Source: Ekhidna sp. (GTDB lineage: Bacteria > Bacteroidota > Bacteroidia > Cytophagales > Cyclobacteriaceae). From it: a DNA stretch of 64,000 nucleotides. Location of the stretch: the NCBI RefSeq assembly GCF_040223195.1, contig NZ_JAVKDX010000010.1:73982-137981 (forward strand), written 5' to 3'. The notes under the pieces are model-generated. The model was not told the origin of the DNA. It ran no database searches and worked only from the letters and a program-made list of their open reading frames with translations. Every line of letters starts with the position of its first letter. Positions within the stretch are counted from its first letter, which is position 1. This document shows positions 1-6,177 of this stretch, one piece after another. The position numbers and the translations under genes were made by a program.

Positions 1-1530
1 GGGACTTTCACCGTTCCAAGTAGTGCTGTGGAAGGAACCACTCGTTTGAGAGTTTCCATGAAATACAATGGAATACCAACATCTTGCGAGTCATTCCAAT
101 ACGGGGAAGTAGAGGATTACACAGTAAACATTACCGTAGGTGGAGATACCCAGGCACCAACTGCACCTACTGGTTTGAATGCTTCAAATGTTACACAGAC
201 GACCCTGACATTGAACTGGAACGCTTCGACGGATAATGTGGGAGTAACGGGATATGACGTGTATCAGGGAGCTTCCAACATCGGAAGTGTAACCGGAACA
301 TCTGCTAATATTACAGGTCTGGCAGCTGGCACTTCGTATACTTTTACTGTAAGAGCGAAAGATGCGGCAGGTAATGTTTCAGCGGCAAGTAATGCCCTGA
401 ATGTGACTACCCAAAGTGCGGGAATGAGTTGTGCATCTACAGTTACACTACCATATGCTGAAGGTTTTGAAACCGGAGCTGGGTGGACGCAGGTTACCGG
501 TGATGATGGTAACTGGCTTAGAGATGCCAACGGCACCCCTTCATCAAATACAGGACCAAGCTCAGCAGCCCAGGGATCATATTACATGTATCTGGAGGCA
601 TCAACCTCAGGAACAGGACAGATAGGAAGCAATGCGACCGCCATTTTGGAAAGTCCATGTTTCGATTTATCAGGTGAAAGTGCGGCAACCTTCGCATTCA
701 AGTACCACATGTATGGAAGCAATATAGGCTCACTCACGGTCCAAGCTTCCACGGATGGAAATAACTGGACGAACATTTGGACGCAATCTGGAAATCAGGG
801 TAACTCATGGCAGACTGCCAATATTGATCTGGCTGCTTACCTGGGTGATGACGTGAAACTGAGAATGATAGGAACCACTGGAAACGGATGGTCAAGTGAT
901 ATTGCAATCGATGATCTTTCGGTAAGCGCGGGAAGTACCGGTGGAGATACGGATGTGACATTGACAATCGTATTGGATAACTATCCTGAGGAAACCAGCT
1001 GGCAGATCAGAGACGGTTCGACCGTGCTAGCTTCAGGTGGAACTTACGGTTCCCAGCCCGATGGATCAACCGTGACAGAAGTAATTTCCCTTGCTACCGG
1101 ATGCTATGATTTTGTAATCAATGATAGCTACGGTGACGGAATCTGCTGCTCATACGGAAGCGGCTCATATAGCCTGACAGATGGAAGCACTACGCTTGCT
1201 ACAGGGGGCTCATTTGGATCCAGCGAGACCACCAGCTTCTGTGTTGGTGGAGCTACTTCTTCGATATTTGCCGTGCAGTCATCTGCTTCTGTAGGTTCGC
1301 CTGTGAGCGTAAGCATGTATCCAACTTACCGAGTAGGGGAGCAACTGACAATTGCATCAAATAGGTCTGAGGTGTCTTACACCATTACAAACCTGAACGG
1401 TCAGGCAGTTGAAAGTGGTCAGTTGGTAAATGGTAAGGTATATGTAGGAAACCTGAATGCGGGAATGTACATGATTCACCTCATGGATGAAGGTGGAAAA
1501 TCAATCATGAAGAAGTTTGTAAAAGAGTAA
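1..1530 (+). CDS. Secreted multidomain surface protein with its 5' end outside the window (GEVED-like / fibronectin-III / MAM-like / Cys-rich DNYPEETSW module / T9SS C-terminal sorting domain)
   Basis: Frame 1 is open from base 1 (GTFTVPSSAVEG...), so the listed ATG at 28 is internal. Motifs read from the translation are YGEVEDYTV, an FN3-like stretch PTGLNASNVTQTTLTLNWNASTDNVGVTGYDVY...YTFTVRAKDAAGN, and a MAM-like stretch GFETGAGW...GSYYMYLEAS...IAIDDLSV. The last ~80 aa are a beta-rich tail (MYPTYRVGEQLTI...GMYMIHL) typical of type IX secretion CTDs. Confidence 0.8.
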   Translation, partial: GTFTVPSSAVEGTTRLRVSMKYNGIPTSCESFQYGEVEDYTVNITVGGDTQAPTAPTGLNASNVTQTTLTLNWNASTDNVGVTGYDVYQGASNIGSVTGTSANITGLAAGTSYTFTVRAKDAAGNVSAASNALNVTTQSAGMSCASTVTLPYAEGFETGAGWTQVTGDDGNWLRDANGTPSSNTGPSSAAQGSYYMYLEASTSGTGQIGSNATAILESPCFDLSGESAATFAFKYHMYGSNIGSLTVQASTDGNNWTNIWTQSGNQGNSWQTANIDLAAYLGDDVKLRMIGTTGNGWSSDIAIDDLSVSAGSTGGDTDVTLTIVLDNYPEETSWQIRDGSTVLASGGTYGSQPDGSTVTEVISLATGCYDFVINDSYGDGICCSYGSGSYSLTDGSTTLATGGSFGSSETTSFCVGGATSSIFAVQSSASVGSPVSVSMYPTYRVGEQLTIASNRSEVSYTITNLNGQAVESGQLVNGKVYVGNLNAGMYMIHLMDEGGKSIMKKFVKE

Positions 1531-1550
1531 CCTAAATCTAACCTAATCGG

Positions 1551-1584
1551 AAGCCCTGTTCACACTTGTGGATGGGGCTTTTTG
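1551..1584 (+). terminator. Intrinsic terminator after the secreted protein gene
   Basis: An AAGCCCT / GGGGCTT stem with an inner CAC/GTG pairing is followed by TTTTGTTT. It begins 20 nt after the stop at 1530. Confidence 0.5.
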
Positions 1585-1602
1585 TTTGGCTAGCTTCCCC
1601 AA

Positions 1603-1981
1603 ATGAAATTGAAAATTCCACCGGTCATAATATTCTCTTTATCCCTCGGGTTGTTATTTGGCTCATATTATCTCATTCACGATTTGGCATATTCATTCAT
1701 ATCAAGAACTCATTTCCAGGGTGTTTTTGATAGGCGGAATGTTGTGTGTTATGATGGGCCATCATTGCTTTTCGGAACAAGAGTACCACGGTAGATCCAA
1801 TGAATCCTCAAAAAGCTTATGTACTTGTGACTCACGGCATCTACAAATACACCCGAAATCCGATGTACATAGGAATGTGGTATATCCCCGATTCCCAATC
1901 AAACCGGAAGAAGAAGCGATAACCAAGCTATTCGGAAAGGAGTATAGAGAGTATTGTGAGAAAGTGAGGAGGTGGGTGTGA
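1603..1981 (+). pseudogene. Frameshifted and shortened isoprenylcysteine carboxyl methyltransferase (ICMT/PEMT-like) family gene
   Basis: The family signature is split over three frames. The N-terminal TM part MKLKIPPVIIFSLSLGLLFG is in frame 1. FLIGGMLCVMMG is in frame 2. AIIAFRNKSTTVDPMNPQKAYVLVTHGIYKYTRNPMYIGMW is in frame 3. The C-terminal EEEAITKLFGKEYREYCEKVRRWV is back in frame 2. Only a few nt separate NPMYIGMW from that C-terminal motif, so an internal deletion is also likely. Confidence 0.6.
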
Positions 1982-2098
1982 GGATTTTACTATTTCTCTG
2001 TATGCCCATCAGAATCATGTAGTACTATTTGTACATTCAACACAGCAAAAGTAGCAGCCTCTTTCACTTTCTTTTTAGTATTATTTATTGAAAAGGAA

Positions 2099-2106
2099 TA
2101 GTTTTG
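2099..2106 (+). promoter_or_regulatory. Bacteroidota-type -7 promoter box (TAnnTTTG) for the lipoprotein operon
   Basis: The exact sequence TAGTTTTG lies 45 nt upstream of the ATG at 2151. I saw no clean -33 TTTG at the ideal spacing. Confidence 0.35.
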
Positions 2107-2150
2107 ATGAAAATCATTAAAAACCTAATCCATTAAGTATAAAAATTTTC

Positions 2151-3869
2151 ATGAAAAAATTTCTCCTGCTGACCTTTGTATCAGTAATAATCATCCGATG
2201 CAACCCTAACGAAGAACAAATACAGCCCGATGAACCGAGGGAGAATCCGGGCCACTCCTATGGTAAGGTGAGGATAGATGATGACCCTACCCTTAAAAAC
2301 CTCATGAGTGCCCTTCAGTCCTCTTCCGGTAGAGTGGCAGCCCTGGACCTGGATAGTGCGGAATATCTACATGACGAAGTATTGGACCTGACCAATTATT
2401 CCATTCTTACTTCCGGTAACCGACTGGACCGTATTGAGAACATTGTATTTGTAGACTTTGATTCTGTATACGCCGCATACAATATCATATATGAGCCATC
2501 CCAGTATCATCTGGCCAATTTGGACACGGCAAGTTTTTTGGCCTATTTCTCAGGAACAATTTCTTACCAATCTTTGGAAACAGGCGAAATCTTTTATGCC
2601 ACAGAAATGCAGGATGGGGTATCCATTGATGGGGAAGCGCATGAGGGAGGACGAACCGACGGTGATGGCGATTTTCAGTACGGATGCTACATTGACCAGC
2701 AGGAAACCATGAGTTCCGAATGCTTTATACAGGTGAACACCTATGAAGTAGGTGGCCGGGTAAAATACACAACAATAAAAGTGGAAAAAACCGGCAAAAA
2801 TGCCGGCCAAACACAAACAAGTACCCACTGGGTGCGCTCCGATACCAAAGAGACGATTACTGACATTACCATCACCTGCCACCTGGACACTGACTTTTCC
2901 GAATGCCACTACAATTGGTTCAATACCAATGGATACCAGGTGATCCCGCAGTTTTCCGGCAACAACTTTTCCGGGGTGCTCAGCCTGGTGCCCAGCGGCG
3001 GACCCCAGCTTAGCCTGCTTGATGCCATAGAGAAGCAATTTTACGACTTATTAGAGCAAGATCCCTTTGCCCTTATTCAAAATTGTGACCAGATCGAAAA
3101 CTGGCAAGCCTTAGCCCAACATACACCCCCACAAGAGGTAATAGATAAAATTCAGAATTTAGATGACAACTATACAAGTATAATTTCTGGAGATTGGGAT
3201 ATACAGTACATCAAAGATGCCAAAGGCCCAGTAGTGAACCTGGACTATTTTCCTGTTAAGATCACCCAGCTTCCGATCAATCCTAACACCGGAAATCGGT
3301 TTGGGCCAACTGGTTTTTTTAACTATGTGAGAAAAAACCTAAACACCTTCTTTGCTAATAACTCTACTGAATTTGGCCCTTACAATGATGATGAATTGCT
3401 GAACTGGCTGTCCGATGACTATTTAGGCACAATTATGAGGTTTGATATCGACCTTCCAGGTCCATTTCAGCAAGATGGGAGCGTCATATGTTCTGATCAG
3501 AAAAATAGGAGTTGGATATTTACTACAATTGAATCACCACAAGATTGGAATCATCCTGTGAGTGGAAACAGACAATTTGGATTAGAACAAAATCAAGATG
3601 GAAGCTATACTTTCTTCACAAGAGGTGTTGATAGAGTAGCGGAAACGTTTGACAATTTTGTTGGAGACTTGCCAATTGCCCCATCAGCTTTTGAAGGAGC
3701 GGATGCTCTCTGGAGTGCGTTTCAGGATAATCTGGAAAATTACATCAATGACCCAGCAAATGGAGGGCAAGCACAAAAGGAAAATCCGCAAATTGATCGC
3801 CCTGATTGGGATAAGGTAAATGAAGTATTAATGGGTACCAGGCCGATTTCTGACTTAGGATGTAATTAA
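2151..3869 (+). CDS. Lipoprotein of unknown function whose last ~160 aa form a C-terminal module that recurs downstream
   Basis: The 572-aa ORF has a lipoprotein signal MKKFLLLTFVSVIIIRC followed by NPNEEQ. I recognise no named domain. The C-terminal region WIFTTIESPQDWNHPVSGNRQFGLEQNQDGSYTFFTRGVDR...NGGQAQKENPQIDRPDWDKVNEVLMGTRPISDLGCN* is paralogous to 4584..5063 and to three tail fragments. Confidence 0.8.
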   Translation: MKKFLLLTFVSVIIIRCNPNEEQIQPDEPRENPGHSYGKVRIDDDPTLKNLMSALQSSSGRVAALDLDSAEYLHDEVLDLTNYSILTSGNRLDRIENIVFVDFDSVYAAYNIIYEPSQYHLANLDTASFLAYFSGTISYQSLETGEIFYATEMQDGVSIDGEAHEGGRTDGDGDFQYGCYIDQQETMSSECFIQVNTYEVGGRVKYTTIKVEKTGKNAGQTQTSTHWVRSDTKETITDITITCHLDTDFSECHYNWFNTNGYQVIPQFSGNNFSGVLSLVPSGGPQLSLLDAIEKQFYDLLEQDPFALIQNCDQIENWQALAQHTPPQEVIDKIQNLDDNYTSIISGDWDIQYIKDAKGPVVNLDYFPVKITQLPINPNTGNRFGPTGFFNYVRKNLNTFFANNSTEFGPYNDDELLNWLSDDYLGTIMRFDIDLPGPFQQDGSVICSDQKNRSWIFTTIESPQDWNHPVSGNRQFGLEQNQDGSYTFFTRGVDRVAETFDNFVGDLPIAPSAFEGADALWSAFQDNLENYINDPANGGQAQKENPQIDRPDWDKVNEVLMGTRPISDLGCN

Positions 3870-3876
3870 TATAAAT

Positions 3877-4281
3877 ATGAAAAAATTTATTTTCAAATCT
3901 ATAATACTAGGGCTGCTCTTATATACAATTCATATGGGTTCAATATTGATTTGTGATCACTTTTATGGACAACCGTCCGGTTATGTTTTTTCTGGCTTTG
4001 GTGTTTTTGTGTACGGTTTAATATTTGGGCTATGGGCATATGTTCTACTCAATGGCATATATATATATATATCAAGAAATGATGTTAAGAGGAGCGCTAG
4101 GTATTTAAAAGCCGTTATCATTCTTATGCTAGGATATTTCCTTTCAAGAATACCCGATATGATTGATAGTGATTTCTTTAGCAACTTTAGTTGGAGAGAA
4201 ATTATTGGATTCTTACTATTGATTCCCGCTTTGGTCGAAATTGAGTTCTTACTAAGGAAAAAATTGAATAAGAGTACTTAA
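3877..4281 (+). CDS. Small multi-pass membrane protein (about 4 TM), a candidate cognate partner or immunity protein of the upstream lipoprotein
   Basis: The 134-aa ORF starts 7 nt after the lipoprotein stop and has four hydrophobic segments. It shows no similarity to the other two small membrane proteins in the array. Confidence 0.7.
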   Translation: MKKFIFKSIILGLLLYTIHMGSILICDHFYGQPSGYVFSGFGVFVYGLIFGLWAYVLLNGIYIYISRNDVKRSARYLKAVIILMLGYFLSRIPDMIDSDFFSNFSWREIIGFLLLIPALVEIEFLLRKKLNKST

Positions 4282-4304
4282 AGGTCTATTCAACGATCTT
4301 TCAA

Positions 4305-4460
4305 ATGGAGGTCAACCCTCTAGATCAGAAAATCAAAAACAATGGTGGGTCGTCAGTTGTCCCCAAAGCCTCAGATAATATAATTTATCGACCAGATTGG
4401 GAAAAGGTGAAGGAAGTGTTAAATGGTAATCGTCCAATTAGCGATTTAGAATGTGACTAA
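4305..4460 (+). pseudogene. Displaced C-terminal tail fragment of the lipoprotein family (51-codon remnant ORF)
   Basis: It translates to MEVNPLDQKIKNNGGSSVVPKASDNIIYRPDWEKVKEVLNGNRPISDLECD*, which matches the NGG...RPDW...RPISDL.C.* tail of 2151..3869. A further partial NGGQPSRSENQ remnant is readable in another frame at about 4285-4335. The fragment has no signal peptide or N-terminal domain. Confidence 0.5.
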
Positions 4461-4556
4461 ACACACAATCATGAATACCTTAGCAAAAGTACTCCGTTAC
4501 ATCCTTATTGTCGATGGTTCAATTTTCCTAATATCATTGGTGGCTTCATTAATGAT
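4411..4556 (+). repeat. Direct repeat copy A (146 nt), covering tail end, 10-nt spacer and the first 86 nt of the membrane-protein gene
   Basis: Hand alignment with 5396..5541 shows 144 of 146 identical positions. The mismatches are G/A at 4418/5403 and G/A at 4455/5440. Confidence 0.9.
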
Positions 4557-4584
4557 GCTTACTTTGAGCCATATCCTGATCTGA
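4471..4584 (+). pseudogene. Truncated 5' copy of the membrane-protein gene at 5456..5893
   Basis: The first 86 nt (MNTLAKVLRYILIVDGSIFLISLVASLM) are identical to 5456..5541. Identity ends at 4556/4557 and the frame stops at TGA 4582-4584, which overlaps the ATG of the next ORF. Confidence 0.6.
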
Positions 4585-5063
4585 TGCCCGAAGAAGGTCT
4601 GTTTTGGAGCGGTAATGAATTAGGAACCATAATACATATCGATCTATCCCCTCATGATGGAACAGTGATAGTTACAGAAGCAGAAAATAATCGCTGGATA
4701 TTTAGTGTTATAAGATCACCTCTTGATTTACATCATCCGGTAAGTGGTAACAGGGAGTTTGGATTTACACAAAACAGTGATGGATCTTATACCTTCTATA
4801 CGATGGGTGTTGATCGGCTTACTCAACCAATAGCCAGTTTGGTTCGAGATTTAAGATATTTAATTGATGGTCAAGATATGATGAATCGAGCAGACGATCT
4901 TTGGATGTCATTTCAGGACAAAATAAAGGAATTTGTTGAGCAAAATGGTGGATCCGCTACCCTACCATCTCAAAGGAATCAAGGAGACAGGCCTAACTGG
5001 CATGAAGCGCAACAGTTCTTAAATGGTGAAATTACTTTAGAAGAATTAAGAAATGATTGTTAA
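4584..5063 (+). CDS. Orphan C-terminal module, a paralogue of residues ~415-572 of the 2151..3869 lipoprotein without signal peptide or N-terminal region
   Basis: The core WIFSVIRSPLDLHHPVSGNREFGFTQNSDGSYTFYTMGVDR aligns with WIFTTIESPQDWNHPVSGNRQFGLEQNQDGSYTFFTRGVDR at 29 of 41 identical positions by hand count. It ends in NGGSATLPSQRNQGDRPNWHEAQQFLNGEITLEELRNDC*. It may be silent or a pseudogene rather than expressed. Confidence 0.55.
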   Translation: MPEEGLFWSGNELGTIIHIDLSPHDGTVIVTEAENNRWIFSVIRSPLDLHHPVSGNREFGFTQNSDGSYTFYTMGVDRLTQPIASLVRDLRYLIDGQDMMNRADDLWMSFQDKIKEFVEQNGGSATLPSQRNQGDRPNWHEAQQFLNGEITLEELRNDC

Positions 5064-5313
5064 AGCATTTGAATTCTTTTTGCTAATAGCATTTATTGTA
5101 TGGAGTGTACTTCTTTTCTATTACTGGGACAGAATACTTTATCCAGCAGACTACTTTAGCTACTATTTAGTTTTAACCATAGTATTTTTAGCATATAAGT
5201 CTTTTATGATTATTCAGTTCTTTGCAAATAAAAAAAAACCCAAATTATATCATTTTTTTGGATTGATTGGTTTTGTTATTTCAACAATTCTTTTCATAAT
5301 TTATCCTATCTGA
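5053..5313 (+). CDS. Small multi-pass membrane protein (about 3 TM), a candidate cognate partner of the orphan module
   Basis: The 86-aa ORF has an ATG that overlaps the last 11 nt of 4584..5063. It contains three hydrophobic segments and is unrelated to the other two small membrane proteins. Confidence 0.6.
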   Translation: MIVKAFEFFLLIAFIVWSVLLFYYWDRILYPADYFSYYLVLTIVFLAYKSFMIIQFFANKKKPKLYHFFGLIGFVISTILFIIYPI

Positions 5314-5349
5314 ATAAACCAATTTGGAATTAATAAAATATCATTCATA

Positions 5350-5445
5350 CCATCCCAAAGAAATCAAGGCGACAGACCTAACTGGGAAAAAGTAAAGGAA
5401 GTATTAAATGGTAATCGTCCAATTAGCGATTTAGAATGTAACTAA
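5350..5445 (+). pseudogene. Displaced C-terminal tail fragment of the lipoprotein family
   Basis: It reads ...IPSQRNQGDRPNWEKVKEVLNGNRPISDLECN*. The PSQRNQGDRPNW stretch is shared with the orphan module, and the remainder is nearly identical to the 4305..4460 tail. No upstream domain is present. Confidence 0.55.
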
Positions 5446-5541
5446 ACACACAATCATGAATACCTTAGCAAAAGTACTCCGTTACATCCTTATTGTCGAT
5501 GGTTCAATTTTCCTAATATCATTGGTGGCTTCATTAATGAT
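5396..5541 (+). repeat. Direct repeat copy B (146 nt)
   Basis: See 4411..4556. The two copies are 985 nt apart in the same orientation. Confidence 0.9.
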
Positions 5542-5893
5542 ATCTGATCGCATTATCAGTATGAATTTTGCATATATTAACTTGATAAGCATGATCGTCT
5601 TTCCAATATCTTTATTTGCTTATATTCTAATTAAAGATATCCTAAGGAATAGCACTCAATGGACAAAATTGATCTTTTACATAGGCATCAGCATCGCTTT
5701 TTTGGCTCTGCTTTTTGTGAAATATAAAAATTATTTGAATGGCTATATTGTAGTAATTCCTGGAATTGCTGCAATTCTAGCTCTCATTGTTACAACAATT
5801 TCTGATTTCAAATCAAAAAAAAGGTTAGCTTATGCATGGAGCTACCTATCCCTTATTCTTTTAATCACGTATCTAATTGCCAACTATTTCTAA
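5456..5893 (+). CDS. Small multi-pass membrane protein (about 4-5 TM), an orphan partner with only a tail fragment upstream
   Basis: The 145-aa ORF starts 10 nt after the tail fragment stop and is strongly hydrophobic. Its 5' end is duplicated at 4471. Confidence 0.7.
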   Translation: MNTLAKVLRYILIVDGSIFLISLVASLMISDRIISMNFAYINLISMIVFPISLFAYILIKDILRNSTQWTKLIFYIGISIAFLALLFVKYKNYLNGYIVVIPGIAAILALIVTTISDFKSKKRLAYAWSYLSLILLITYLIANYF

Positions 5894-6046
5894 TCAAAAG
5901 GAATAACATCTTAATTGATCAGAAAATGCTATTCAATGTGCCAAAGATATCTCATGAAATATCTATTCCTCCCTTTATCCCTTTTTTAACCTTCCCCTTC
6001 AGTACCCATTTAGCAAAAAATTATAGAATATAAGGCCATAGTGCAT

Positions 6047-6139
6047 CAGGAAAATCCGCAAATTGATCGCCCTGATTGGGATGAGGTGAAAGAAGTCCTT
6101 CTAGGACTGAGACCAATTTCTGATTTAGGATGCAATTAA
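6047..6139 (+). pseudogene. Displaced C-terminal tail fragment closest to the tail of the intact lipoprotein
   Basis: It reads QENPQIDRPDWDEVKEVLLGLRPISDLGCN*. Positions 6048-6082 are identical over 35 nt to 3778-3812, and the rest is similar with scattered substitutions. Its stop lies 38 nt from the convergent uvrD stop. Confidence 0.6.
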
Positions 6140-6177
6140 AAAATATAATGAAGTTTATTCTAAAATTTGAAAGTATC

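Noticed and set aside
264-1316. Several 60-90-aa ORFs lie on either strand inside the first gene (264..536, 431..625, 582..776, 734..967, 1128..1316).
   Set aside because: They sit entirely within a long ORF that has clear domain content. They have no motifs and their composition is typical of off-frame shadows.
5836-6033. ORF 5836..6033 (65 aa) overlaps the end of the third membrane-protein gene.
   Set aside because: It is off-frame over the 3' end of 5456..5893 and then runs into AT-rich spacer. It has no start context or motif.
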